Shown: positions 52,501 through 61,923, numbered from the stretch's first letter. The stretch is DNA of 64,000 nucleotides from an uncultured Lentisphaerales bacterium (GCA_943788985.1 CALSSJ010000031.1:32001-96000), one strand, 5' to 3'. A program made the numbers and translations. Notes: generated by a model not told the origin, from the sequence alone.

Positions 52501-53228
52501 TATGGTGAGTCGTTACCACCGCCAACCGCCAACCGCCAAGCAAACGGTGATTGAATCAGTTGAGTGCCCCTTGATGGCACACTGAAGAGACAACAATCAA
52601 GTGCTGGCAAATCAGGGCCGAGAGCGTCTGCATCCCTGCCAGGCTGTCAACCTGCTCTACACTTGGCAGGGCGGGAGCTGTAAGCGCAATGAGGATCGCC
52701 TCTCGCCACTAAGTTAAGGGCTACTGGTGTTTTGCTGCGCGAGATGTGTTGGTTGAGGGTGAGTGATCGGCGGGAGTTGTCAGCGGTGGAAGTTGCGCTC
52801 GCGGGGGCGACTGCAAGGCACGCATTACAAGCCCAAACCGCTGGAGGGCCTCGAAATCTACGGTCAAGACGTTGCGTCGACCGGGAGACGGCCAAGAAGC
52901 GCATCGCTGCGTGGACGCATGACTTGGTAGCGCGATGATTGGTCTCTTCCGCAAGGCCGAACCTCCTAGCTGGCGGCACCTCTGGCAAGCGCCATTGGAT
53001 GCAATACAACGCGCTATATGTCCCGGAAAAATCACAACATGAAGCATTGAGTCGGGCCTGATGGTGGCGATGAAGTAGTGTCTTGCGGTAGCTGACCACC
53101 TGCTCCTGTTACACCTCTGAGTTGTTTAAAACACCAATAGGCTACTTGCTTCCCCCCGTCACTGCGCTACCTTTGAAAAAGTTTGAATAGTAGTTCCTCC
53201 TCGATGAAATTAAATAGAGATTGGACCA

Positions 53229-53687
53229 ATGGTCAAAACAGCCCGCCAACTTTTTTTCCCACTGATTCTGACGATCATTTTGCCGTTGATGCCTGGGTGC
53301 GCGACCCGCTCGAAGAACATCTCCGCATCTTATGTTTCCCCAATAGAGTATTCTCATCTTGATTGCGACCAGATACGACGCGAGTTGGTTCGTGTTAACC
53401 GCCGACTCACAGATATTTCCGGAAAGCAGAACAAGGAGGCAACGAAAGACGCGGTTGCGCTCGGCGTGGGGCTTGTTGTTTTCTGGCCTGCTCTGTTTTT
53501 CATGATGAGTTCCGGAGAGAAGGAGGAAATTGCTCGTCTTAAAGGGAAATACGAGGCACTGGAAACTATCGCCATCGAAAAGAGATGCGGATTTTCCGAC
53601 GAGCTAATCGAAGCTCAACAGCAGCGTTCTGAAATGAAACGGAAAAGTTTAGATAAGAAGACACCAGCAGGGACTGAAGGTAACTAG
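53229..53687 (+). CDS. Hypothetical lipoprotein (cassette-type)
   Basis: Lipobox MPGC, ASYVSPIEY..LDCDQI and a C-terminal hydrophobic VALGVGLVVFWPALFF. Confidence 0.8.
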   Translation: MVKTARQLFFPLILTIILPLMPGCATRSKNISASYVSPIEYSHLDCDQIRRELVRVNRRLTDISGKQNKEATKDAVALGVGLVVFWPALFFMMSSGEKEEIARLKGKYEALETIAIEKRCGFSDELIEAQQQRSEMKRKSLDKKTPAGTEGN

Positions 53688-54008
53688 ATTAAGATCGTCG
53701 TGGGGAGGGCGTCGTGGGGAGGGCGTCGCGGAAGTCCTCACTGCCTTACGGGAGCAACACGCAGACGCCGGCCCGTTCAGGCAGGGCGTCAGGAACCGTC
53801 ATCGGGTCTAAGAAAATCAGGAGTGAACAATGTGATGTTCATTCCTCGGACTAAACACCCAGGATCCGAGGATCTGCGCTTGCACTCTACGATACTTACT
53901 GAAGGTTAACAGCGAAAGAACGGGCACAATTATTAAGCGACGGGAAATTTCTGTTTTTCCTCGACTCGCTTGAGAACAACCAGCAACGAAGAAAATAGTG
54001 GTATTCGA

Positions 54009-54530
54009 ATGAAGAGGGTCGATCAACGTGTTGCCTGCATTTTCTTTGGGCTTGCAGTATTGCTCCCTGCCCAATATGCCGCCGAGTCGCCCAAGCCGGA
54101 CTTGGCCGTTATTGAATTTGGTGAGAAAACGCTAAAGCTAAACAAACATGAGATCAAGTATCCCTTCGCAATGGACGAAATTATTGCGGCAATCGGCAAG
54201 CCCGACCGTTCAGCGTCGGTAGCCAACGTCGTTCATACATGGGATCAATATGGGATAGTTGCTTTTCAAAAAGCACCCGGGGAGCCGATTCACGCATTGC
54301 AGATTATATACTGTAATGATACCCCCCAATTCGCCCCAGAAAAACTGTTCACCGGTACTGTATTGATCAAGGATACGCAGTTCACTCCCTCCTCGGATCG
54401 ACGCGACCTTTTGCGTGCCGGATTCGCTCAGGATAGGCTCCTGACAGATTACTATACGGCAAAAATAGATGGCGTGTCACTAGTCGCAAAATACAAGCGT
54501 ATAATGTACAATCTTGAGATTTCCCGTTAG
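54009..54530 (+). CDS. Hypothetical secreted protein
   Basis: Signal peptide from MKRVDQR, and AIGKPDR...HTWDQYGI. Confidence 0.7.
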   Translation: MKRVDQRVACIFFGLAVLLPAQYAAESPKPDLAVIEFGEKTLKLNKHEIKYPFAMDEIIAAIGKPDRSASVANVVHTWDQYGIVAFQKAPGEPIHALQIIYCNDTPQFAPEKLFTGTVLIKDTQFTPSSDRRDLLRAGFAQDRLLTDYYTAKIDGVSLVAKYKRIMYNLEISR

Positions 54531-54685
54531 GCTCCAATTCATTCCAAGCCGCCTGCTCTTCACGAGATTCAGGACTGTCCGGACCCGCTAAGCGTGCAGG
54601 GGATGGGGCAACGCTAGCCCGCACTCAGGTAATGCCGAATGGTGCTTCCCTGCTCGCGTTAATCCGAAAAACAAGTAGCACCAAG

Positions 54686-55135
54686 ATGAAATGGACGCCA
54701 ATACACGCCATTGGAACCGGAGCGGTCTTGCTTCTTTTCTCATGCGCACACTCGACGCCCTCTACGCGTGCTTCAATCGAGGCATCCGCACCGGCGCGGG
54801 CAAGGGCGGCCGCAGGAGGGCCTGCGGTCATCTTCCGGGGCGAAGCTAGCATGCCTCGCTCAATGATAGATCGCGGCAAGTACTATCTACTGCGGGTGAC
54901 CAGGACCGGAAGTGTCTATGAAACGCTACACAAGCGAGTTGGCCCGGGATACGTGGGCTACACAAAGTGTGAGATCGACTACAGCCGCCAGGTGATGCGA
55001 ACGATCGGATACAGCGAAGTATCTGGTCTTGAGATTGGCTATTCGCCTTCCCAGTGGTTTGATTTGGTGCCGGGGTCGAGCAAGTCCGATATGTACAATT
55101 ACGTCCTCGAGAATGTCCTGCCGGCATATGACTAG
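54686..55135 (+). CDS. Hypothetical lipoprotein (cassette-type)
   Basis: Lipobox LFSC, DRGKYYLL...LHKRVG...YTKCEID...FDLVPGSSKSD. Confidence 0.75.
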   Translation: MKWTPIHAIGTGAVLLLFSCAHSTPSTRASIEASAPARARAAAGGPAVIFRGEASMPRSMIDRGKYYLLRVTRTGSVYETLHKRVGPGYVGYTKCEIDYSRQVMRTIGYSEVSGLEIGYSPSQWFDLVPGSSKSDMYNYVLENVLPAYD

Positions 55136-55228
55136 CTTAGCTGGGCAGCGTGGGAGCGAACGAGGCAGAATCAGGACTCGGTTGTGGTCAGCGGTTATTG
55201 ATCTGAAGAACTGAAGGAGGAGAACAGA

Positions 55229-55642
55229 ATGTTTGGTTTGGGTGGATGTAACCGAGCGGGGAGAACGAAACTGCCTTTGCTTATGGTCAGTGTGTTCTTT
55301 GTTTCAGGTTGCTCGACAACCCAAGAAGAGTTGGTCCGAGGCGAGTTGGCTGAGACTTGGCAAATATCTGCACCAATGGAGGATGTTTTTCGACGATACA
55401 AGAACTACGCGGGAGAGCATTTTAGCGGAGGCGACTTCCCGTTTGGTGGAGGCTACCGCGCAACGGGACATTTCTACGGGTCGCGAGCTGAGCTGTCCGT
55501 CAAGGTGGACGGGACTATCTCCGCCGGAACCACATACCTGCATTTCGAGCTTCAAGAACGGAGTGGAGGTACTCAAGTTCGGTGTTGGTGGTATAACCGG
55601 TTCTGGAAGAAGAATGTGGAGAAGTTTCGGAAGCTATTCTGA
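55229..55642 (+). CDS. Hypothetical lipoprotein
   Basis: RBS AGGAGG and lipobox VSGC. Confidence 0.72.
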   Translation: MFGLGGCNRAGRTKLPLLMVSVFFVSGCSTTQEELVRGELAETWQISAPMEDVFRRYKNYAGEHFSGGDFPFGGGYRATGHFYGSRAELSVKVDGTISAGTTYLHFELQERSGGTQVRCWWYNRFWKKNVEKFRKLF

Positions 55643-55784
55643 GGCACTCGTTATACGGCGGCACTCCAGTAATGACGTCGTCGGTGGAAGGCGGCTTTCG
55701 GCGTGAGCACACTGTATTTTCATCCCAGAGAAGAACACTGAACACGGTGCGTCGATGGGAGCTCTAGCCAGTCTGGGACAGAAG

Positions 55785-55925
55785 AGGCCTTCAGCTAAGA
55801 GACAGGGGATTTGCATCACATTGCGCTTGACCGGAGGGCGCTACAGAGGCAGAACGTAGGGGCCTTCGGCTTGGGGACAGGGGATTTGCATCACATAGCG
55901 CTTGACCCGAGGGCGCTACAGAGGT
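55785..55925 (+). repeat. Two tandem Y1-associated end repeats (copy B left end), 75-bp period
   Basis: GGCCTTC(A/G)GCT..G.GACAGGGGATTTGCATCACAT.GCGCTTGACC.GAGGGCGCTACAGAGG at 55786 and 55861. Confidence 0.92.
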
Positions 55926-55962
55926 AGCTTGCATCAAATAGTCTTTCATTGAGAGGTTCCCT

Positions 55963-56937
55963 ATGCGAACAGCAAGGCTTCGGCCCAACCGGAAGGAAGG
56001 CAGCTACCTTCATCTCTATCAACGAGCCTGTGGATTTCGCTCGGATCGAATTTTCGGAGATGTCGAGCGCCAGTTCATGCTCAATCTCATTGGCAAAGTT
56101 TCGGCGTTGTATACCCTCGAAATCATTGCTGTGACGGCAATGTCTAACCACGTGCATATCGTTGCCTTCGTGCCGGGGGAGCCGCCGACACCGGAAGAGA
56201 CTTGCCGACGTTACAACGCATTCTATGCTGGCATGAAGCCGGAATTGATTGTCAACTCGCCTGACTTGGCGCGCATTCAGAAGCGTCTGGGGGACTTCAG
56301 CGTATTCATGGGGCATTGGCAACAGAGCTTCACCTGCTGGTTTAATCGCACGCGCAAGGAACAGCGGAGGGGGCGTCTGTGGGGGGACCGATTCAAGCAC
56401 ACAATCCTGGAGGGTCGTGAGGCGCTTTGGACTTGCGTGCAGTATGTGGAGATGAATCCTGTCCGTGCTGGGATCTGCGAGCAGCCGGATGACTACCGGT
56501 TCTGCAGTTGGGGGATTCGCTGCGGGAGCGGCAAGCATCCCTATGCCAGGAACTTCCTCCACCACTTACGCCGGTCGCTGGGAGATCGGGCAGGCGATTG
56601 GGCCATGCCAGATCTCGAGGCAGAATTTCGCTCGGATTTGGCTAGGAAGTTGACTGCAGAGCTTGGAGCAAGCGGCGAGGAGATTGCAGCTGCCAGTGAC
56701 CTAGCACGCGCGAAGGTTCCTGTGACGCTGCAGCTTACCCGTCGGGCCCGCTATTGGACCGATGGGGCCGTGATCGGCTCAAAGCAATTTGTGATGGAAA
56801 TCACAGCTGAGGCACTTGGCACGGAGCGGGCGAAGAAGCGACGATACGGGCGCGGCTTGATTGCCGACGGCACTGCCCTCTTCAGTATGCGCCAACTTCG
56901 AACGGTGGCTCCCTGCTCCGATCAAGATCTCGTCTGA
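55963..56937 (+). CDS. HUH/Y1 tyrosine transposase (RAYT/IS200-like), copy B
   Basis: Same motifs as copy A, with about 10 amino-acid differences in 324. Confidence 0.92.
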   Translation: MRTARLRPNRKEGSYLHLYQRACGFRSDRIFGDVERQFMLNLIGKVSALYTLEIIAVTAMSNHVHIVAFVPGEPPTPEETCRRYNAFYAGMKPELIVNSPDLARIQKRLGDFSVFMGHWQQSFTCWFNRTRKEQRRGRLWGDRFKHTILEGREALWTCVQYVEMNPVRAGICEQPDDYRFCSWGIRCGSGKHPYARNFLHHLRRSLGDRAGDWAMPDLEAEFRSDLARKLTAELGASGEEIAAASDLARAKVPVTLQLTRRARYWTDGAVIGSKQFVMEITAEALGTERAKKRRYGRGLIADGTALFSMRQLRTVAPCSDQDLV

Positions 56938-57280
56938 ACATCGTTCTATTCAAGGCTGCCATGCTTGGGCGCAAAGCCGCTACCTGCAGATCACATTGTC
57001 TCGAGCGAAAAGCCTTCGGCGGAAGCCCCGCTGCTCGCATAGAGCCCTCTCATCGAAGCACAATCTGAACCAAGCTACGCCTGAACCGCCGTCTGGTGGA
57101 AGCTAATATGCGTTGAAATCGCTGCCCGTTACCGATCCTCGGTCAGTGACTCGCATTGCTCAAGCGAAGCTGGTTTTCGCGGATTCGGCCAGATCAGCAG
57201 GCCTTCGTAGGCCTTATTACTTGATTCGCCGCCCCGGGCCTTGGTAACCATCGATTCCCAAGAATCAGATCCTTGTCTTG

Positions 57281-57476
57281 CGTTTTCGATGCAAATCTCC
57301 TTCCCAAGGCCTTCAGCTTGGGGACAGGGGATTTGCATCACCGCACCAGCCCTGCATCTCGACAGGTAGGAGGCCTTCGGCTAAGGGAGGTAGCGTTTTC
57401 GATGCAAATCCCCTGTCCCCAAACCGAAGGCGGCGAAGGCGGCTCCTTTGTCCCCAAGCCGAAGGCGGCTCCTCCC
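57281..57476. repeat. Right-end cluster of Y1-associated repeats, including an empty inverted pair
   Basis: GATGCAAATCTCCTTCCC-AAGGCCTTCAGCTT-GGGGACAGGGGATTTGCATC (57288-57339), GATGCAAATCCCCTGTCCCCAAACCGAAGGC (57401-57431) and TGTCCCCAAGCCGAAGGC. Confidence 0.9.
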
Positions 57477-57541
57477 GTTTATTGATTCTCGGATAAATTG
57501 ATGAGAACTTGGCCGTCCGCAGAACTAGGCCATGATCTGCC

Positions 57542-57712
57542 CTATGGCTGCAGCGTCTTCTTACGCTTGCTTGGGACTGGGATGATCCGCTCGCCGGATG
57601 CAGCTTGAACACTACGTAAATCTTCGACGATGGCCTCTAGGTTATAATTAAACTTAGCCGCATGTTCTTGACGGTTCTTGCGAAGCTCAGCGATAATGTG
57701 GTCATCAGTCAT
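57542..57712 (-). CDS. Small putative antitoxin downstream of the PIN gene
   Basis: MTDDHIIAELRKNRQEHAAKFNYNLEAIVEDL, with a 4-bp overlap with the PIN gene stop. Confidence 0.75.
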   Translation of the reverse strand: MTDDHIIAELRKNRQEHAAKFNYNLEAIVEDLRSVQAASGERIIPVPSKRKKTLQP

Positions 57713-58188
57713 GAAGATTCGCCTCCTAGCAGTTGTTCCGGTGTGCAGATAATAGGGCATGAGTAGCCCGCTTTGTCAACAGTGCGAATGACGTGTGGGC
57801 GGATATGGGCATTGGCGATGTGCTTGCAGTTCCACGTTAGCAAAAAGTCCATGCAATGGACCGCCGCGATGGCGATATGCAGAGCATCTTCTGCATACTC
57901 CACTGGGATTGCATGCGCGCTCACAAATTCGTCAGCAAGGGTTTCAATGGACTTGTCGATGTCTAAGCGGGGAACGCCAGCGATTGCGGCCATGCGTTCT
58001 GCTGCGGCGTTTCTGTCACCTCGCGACGCCTCGAGTTCGACGAGCCTCGAGACATAGAGATCGTATTGCAGCCGCGTCTGCCACCAGTCCTGGGTCAGCT
58101 GCTGACGAGCTGCTGCGACAACGTCGCGACTAGGTCTGGCAGCGTGATAGCTGATGACACTGGTTTCGAGATAGACTCTTGATTTCAT
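57709..58188 (-). CDS. PIN-domain (VapC-like) toxin
   Basis: VYLETSVISY, EDALHIAIA, LLTWNCKHIAN and PIICTPEQL. Confidence 0.88.
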   Translation of the reverse strand: MKSRVYLETSVISYHAARPSRDVVAAARQQLTQDWWQTRLQYDLYVSRLVELEASRGDRNAAAERMAAIAGVPRLDIDKSIETLADEFVSAHAIPVEYAEDALHIAIAAVHCMDFLLTWNCKHIANAHIRPHVIRTVDKAGYSCPIICTPEQLLGGESS

Positions 58189-58324
58189 CCCCGAAATATG
58201 GATCTCGAATAGGCTCTTGGCTACTGTAGGATTCGGTATTCTGCGGGATAGCAATCATGTCGGCGACCCGCCGGCGCTCCCAGTCGGAAGGCAGCGATGA
58301 TAGTGATCAAGACCTTGAACAAGG

Positions 58325-58366
58325 AGGCCTTCAAGGCCTTCAACTAAGGGACAGGGGATTTTGATC
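58325..58366 (+). repeat. Y1-associated end repeat (degenerate)
   Basis: AGGCCTTCAAGGCCTTCAACTAAGGGACAGGGGATTTTGATC. Confidence 0.85.
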
Positions 58367-58461
58367 CCATGGACGGCCTCATCGTCGTCGACCTCGAGCA
58401 GACCGAGCCACGCCAGCTCCGCCGCCTCTTCGGCAAGACCTGGTCTCTCCCCAGAAAATGA
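58367..58461 (+). repeat. 79-bp direct repeat, copy 2: orphan alternative 3' end of the acyltransferase gene
   Basis: Encodes MDGLIVVDLEQTEPRQLRRLFGKTWSLPRK*, versus ...KTWSLT* in the gene. Confidence 0.93.
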
Positions 58462-58484
58462 CTGGGAGCGCTGAGAAAAAAGCT

Positions 58485-59036
58485 CTACACAGAGAGCTCA
58501 CAGAGGACACAGAGCCGAGCACATAGATTCAAACAGACATCTTCTCCTCTTTTCTCTGTGACCTCGGTGCTATCTGTGGTAAAAAATCCTCCCCCTCTCC
58601 CCCTGTCCCTCCTGCGTCTTATTCCTGAGATCCGCAGATTCCGGCATCCAGCCGTCCAAGCCGTCAGGGCCACCAGCGAGTCCGGACGTGGAATCGCACA
58701 GTAGCCGAGGATTCCGAACGCCCCAACGAGGAGCACGAGCCCCACGATCGCCGTCTCACGAATGCCGTGCAGCCAAACGATCGTGCCCCCGTCGTATGGC
58801 CGGACCGTATGAAATGGTTTTCCAGCTGCCTCTGCGCTCCGCCATCCATAGAGCTGGGAGGACAAGCTAAAGACGGGAAAATTCTCAGCAATCCGGTCCC
58901 AGCCCTTCTCCCGGCCGGGTGAGCTGCAGATTTCGAAGTAGTCAGAGTTCACGCGCCCGCAAAATGCCGTAAGGACGAGCCCCAACAAGATCCCGATAAC
59001 CGCTACCACCACTAGCCAGCTACGATTCCTACTCAT
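58485..59036 (-). CDS. Hypothetical membrane protein; C-terminus reads through the palindromic element
   Basis: Two hydrophobic helices. The tail TTDSTEVTE...LCVLCELSV is translated repeat. Confidence 0.5.
   Translation of the reverse strand: MSRNRSWLVVVAVIGILLGLVLTAFCGRVNSDYFEICSSPGREKGWDRIAENFPVFSLSSQLYGWRSAEAAGKPFHTVRPYDGGTIVWLHGIRETAIVGLVLLVGAFGILGYCAIPRPDSLVALTAWTAGCRNLRISGIRRRRDRGRGGGFFTTDSTEVTEKRGEDVCLNLCARLCVLCELSV
58487..58583. repeat. Palindromic CACAGAG-type miniature element 1
   Basis: CACAGAGAGCTCACAGAGGACACAGAG ... CTCTGTGACCTCGGTGCTATCTGTG. Confidence 0.85.
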
Positions 59037-59121
59037 ACTCGCCCCCCTCCATTGCCATCATCCGTCCCGGTGAGTGCCTGACTACGATCATTTCTCATGG
59101 CGCCGGGAAGAATCTTCTACG

Positions 59122-59210
59122 ACAGAGAGCTCACAGAGGACACAGAGCCAAACAACTCCAAGTGTGAGACATTTCTTCTCTTTTCTCTGTGTCCTCGGTG
59201 AGCTCTCTGT
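59122..59210. repeat. Palindromic CACAGAG-type miniature element 2
   Basis: 26-bp inverted arms ACAGAGAGCTCACAGAGGACACAGAG / CTCTGTGTCCTCGGTGAGCTCTCTGT with one mismatch. Confidence 0.9.
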
Positions 59211-59218
59211 AAAATCCG

Positions 59219-60190
59219 TTAGCCCCAGTCAATCACTGGAAGCTGCGCGACGAAGATAGCCGCGAGGATCACGAACAAGCACAGTCCCAGCCCCAAGGAA
59301 TAGACCACACCAAGGGCGTCGGCCCGATGCGCCTTGCTGCGCAGCAAGGCGCCGTCGTGGCACCCTCTATATACCATCAGCCTCCTCGTGATCGTGCCCG
59401 GACCGACAAAGGTCGTCACCACCAAGATTCCGAGTGGTATCAGTTCAACTCGACCAAAGAGATCGATTTTTTGCTGCACAAGTATCGCCAGCAGCGCTGC
59501 GACTCCCAGTCCCCAGAGTGCGGCAGCAATCGCAAAATTCCGGCCGTTCCTGTCCGCCTCTTTCAGCGATATCGGCGTCACCGGCTTGCGTGCCACATTG
59601 TCCTCAAGCGAGGCCCGCAGCGTGCTGTCATACAGATCTGCGGGGACGCAGATGATCAGTTCAGAGAGCCAATTTCTACCGTCAAGGGTGGGACGTCGAC
59701 TCCCGGCGCGACCTTCCCTGCATTGCTCTGCATCAATTTTCGCCCATTCCCGCAATTGAAAACACAGGTCGCGTGCACCAGCGGGATCCGCCGAATTAGC
59801 CTCTACCTGAAAGCCAGCAAAAGCCGCCCACGGATAGAACCTATCTGGTTCGTCAAGCATTGGCAGCAGCAGTCCCTCTGTCGTAACCTTACCGGCCTCG
59901 CCACGCGGCCAAAACGGCAAGCTGCCCAGCATCCAAGTAAGCCATTGCGCACACACCCCCATCAGAACAACTCCCCCCAGTGTTCCCCAAAACCGTTGTG
60001 ACAGTGCCTCCACACCGACGCGGTCCCAGAACCAGCTGAAGCCCCAGAACAACAGGGCAGCGATGCTGATCAGCCTCAGCGAACCCCAGACATTGGCGCG
60101 AAACAGCTCTCGCATTTTCTCCCTGTAGACGGCCCGGGGCACCTGCCACTCGGCCAGCACCTCCATATCGCCTGTCCTCTTGTCCGTCAT
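59219..60190 (-). CDS. Hypothetical polytopic membrane protein
   Basis: 323-aa ORF with about five hydrophobic segments, directly downstream of the sulfatase. Confidence 0.65.
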   Translation of the reverse strand: MTDKRTGDMEVLAEWQVPRAVYREKMRELFRANVWGSLRLISIAALLFWGFSWFWDRVGVEALSQRFWGTLGGVVLMGVCAQWLTWMLGSLPFWPRGEAGKVTTEGLLLPMLDEPDRFYPWAAFAGFQVEANSADPAGARDLCFQLREWAKIDAEQCREGRAGSRRPTLDGRNWLSELIICVPADLYDSTLRASLEDNVARKPVTPISLKEADRNGRNFAIAAALWGLGVAALLAILVQQKIDLFGRVELIPLGILVVTTFVGPGTITRRLMVYRGCHDGALLRSKAHRADALGVVYSLGLGLCLFVILAAIFVAQLPVIDWG

Positions 60191-60200
60191 GCGACCAGAA

Positions 60201-61619
60201 TCATTGTTCCAAATTTTTAGAGAGCTGCGCCTTTAGCTGGGCCACGAGCTCAGGATGCGCCGGGGCGATGTTCACCGTCTCCTTTTCTCGAGACGTGTGA
60301 TCGTAAAGCTCGATGTGCCCATTCTTGTGGGCAATGAGTCGATAGGTATCCGTACGAATCGTGGTCGCTCGACTCTGATAGGCAAGCGCCAGATGCCCCT
60401 CGACGGTGGGGTCTTGCAGCATCGCCTGCAGCGAAACACCCTGCGCAAAGTCTGGAGTCTCCACGCCAGTCAAGTCGCACAGCGTTGGAAAGATATCCAG
60501 CGTGCTCACCACGGCATTGCTCTTGCCCCCCGCCTGCTTCATGTCCGGAGCCACCATAATCAGCGGCGAACGCAACGCCTCTTCAAACAGGCTTTGCTTG
60601 CCCCAAATGCCATGCTCGCCAAGGTGCCAGCCATGGTCGCCCCAGAGAACGATCACGGTATTCTGGTCCGCGCCGGTCTCCTTCAGCTTGGCTAGGATGT
60701 CGCCAACCAATTTGTCGGCATAGCTGACGCACGCCGCATAATGCCGCCGCACGGCCTCCGCAAACGCGAGATCCTGTCGTGGATCTCTGCCCCAGCGGTT
60801 GTACTTCATGAATTCGCCGGATCCGTGCCAGGTCGTCTTTCCTTCGGGCTTTGTGGCGTGAGGAGTCGGCGGCAACGCAACGCCGTCATAGAGATCCAAA
60901 TAGTGTTTTGGGGCACCAAAAGGCAAGTGGGGTTTCAGCAGACCAATCGCCAGAAAAAACGGTCTGTCAGCCGCGGCCAGCTCTTCGAGTTGCTTGATTC
61001 CTTCCTCAGCGATCAGCCCATCCGGGTAGATTGAGTCTGGCCCCACAGCCGCCTCAAAAAGAGCAAATTCCTTCGCGTTCTTTGGCCGCGCCTTCCCATG
61101 CGCCAAGCCGTGCATAGCACCGACTGGCGTCTTCCATACGCCGACCGGCATCAAGTGCCGATCCCAGGCATTTGGCATTTCCACCTTCGCCGCGTCATTC
61201 CAGCCCGGCCCACCGCGACCGCCAGGGTGATGCGACACCTTGCCCACCGAGACCGTGGTAAACCCATGCGAACGAAACCATTCTGGCATGCTCGGCGGAA
61301 CGCGATCCGGGGATTTGGTAACTTCCTTGGCCCGCTGAAACAGCGCGGCGTTACCTGCTGCGCCGTAGCGCCCTGTCAGCAGCGTGCAGCGGGATGGCCC
61401 GCAGCTGGGAGCGTTGACATAGTGCCGTTGGAACGCACGGCCCTGGGCCGCCAACCGGTCAATGTTCGGAGAATGAATGTGCGACGCGCCAAAGCAATTG
61501 AGCTCTGGCCGTAGATCGTCAATGCACAACAGCAGTACATTTTTGGGCGGTTCCGCTGCTCCCCCTACGCATGCAGAGAGGCAGGCCCCGAGAATAGTGG
61601 CTATGAATAAACGGCTCAT
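60201..61619 (-). CDS. Sulfatase, iduronate-2-sulfatase-like
   Basis: [28 protein letters not shown] and [11 protein letters not shown]. Confidence 0.93.
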   Translation of the reverse strand: MSRLFIATILGACLSACVGGAAEPPKNVLLLCIDDLRPELNCFGASHIHSPNIDRLAAQGRAFQRHYVNAPSCGPSRCTLLTGRYGAAGNAALFQRAKEVTKSPDRVPPSMPEWFRSHGFTTVSVGKVSHHPGGRGGPGWNDAAKVEMPNAWDRHLMPVGVWKTPVGAMHGLAHGKARPKNAKEFALFEAAVGPDSIYPDGLIAEEGIKQLEELAAADRPFFLAIGLLKPHLPFGAPKHYLDLYDGVALPPTPHATKPEGKTTWHGSGEFMKYNRWGRDPRQDLAFAEAVRRHYAACVSYADKLVGDILAKLKETGADQNTVIVLWGDHGWHLGEHGIWGKQSLFEEALRSPLIMVAPDMKQAGGKSNAVVSTLDIFPTLCDLTGVETPDFAQGVSLQAMLQDPTVEGHLALAYQSRATTIRTDTYRLIAHKNGHIELYDHTSREKETVNIAPAHPELVAQLKAQLSKNLEQ

Positions 61620-61720
61620 GGCTTTTCCTTTCTGTTCTCAATCGGCTGAGTGGCACTGTAGCAGCCCGCGCCCGGTGACTGCTTGAAGTCCAGCCTCATC
61701 GTCGTAGACAGACAGCGCTG

Positions 61721-61764
61721 GGAAAAATCTTCCACGACAGAGAGCTCACCGAGGGCACAGAGCC
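61721..61764 (+). repeat. Half copy of the CACAGAG-type element
   Basis: GGAAAAATCTTCCACGACAGAGAGCTCACCGAGGGCACAGAGCC matches the left arm and flank at 59106-59149. Confidence 0.75.
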
Positions 61765-61923
61765 TCACACAGGAAACCGTAACGCTTCTCGTTCGTCTCA
61801 ATCCTGCCCCTTGGGCCGCCCCCTTGAGCCCATGGAGATTCCCGGCGTGCAGCTTGCACGCGCCTGCACCGGTGGCAGAATATCGGGCACCCAACCCAAG
61901 GCATCTGACAGCAGGCAGGAAGC

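Larger units (their letters stand above)
55785..57476 (+). mobile_element. Y1 transposase element copy B
   Basis: Colinear with 14971-16612, including the non-coding leader and the 3' region. Confidence 0.82.

Noticed and set aside
52500..55780. Classical integron cassette array
   Set aside because: No IntI is present. Isolated GTTAGGC/GTTAAC hits (about 54526 and 53905) lack matching inverse core sites and attC-like palindromes.
51920..58445. Diversity-generating retroelement TR/VR pair
   Set aside because: The mismatches are T/C, G/C and A/C at silent positions, not adenine-specific. The only RT in the window is a group II intron maturase.
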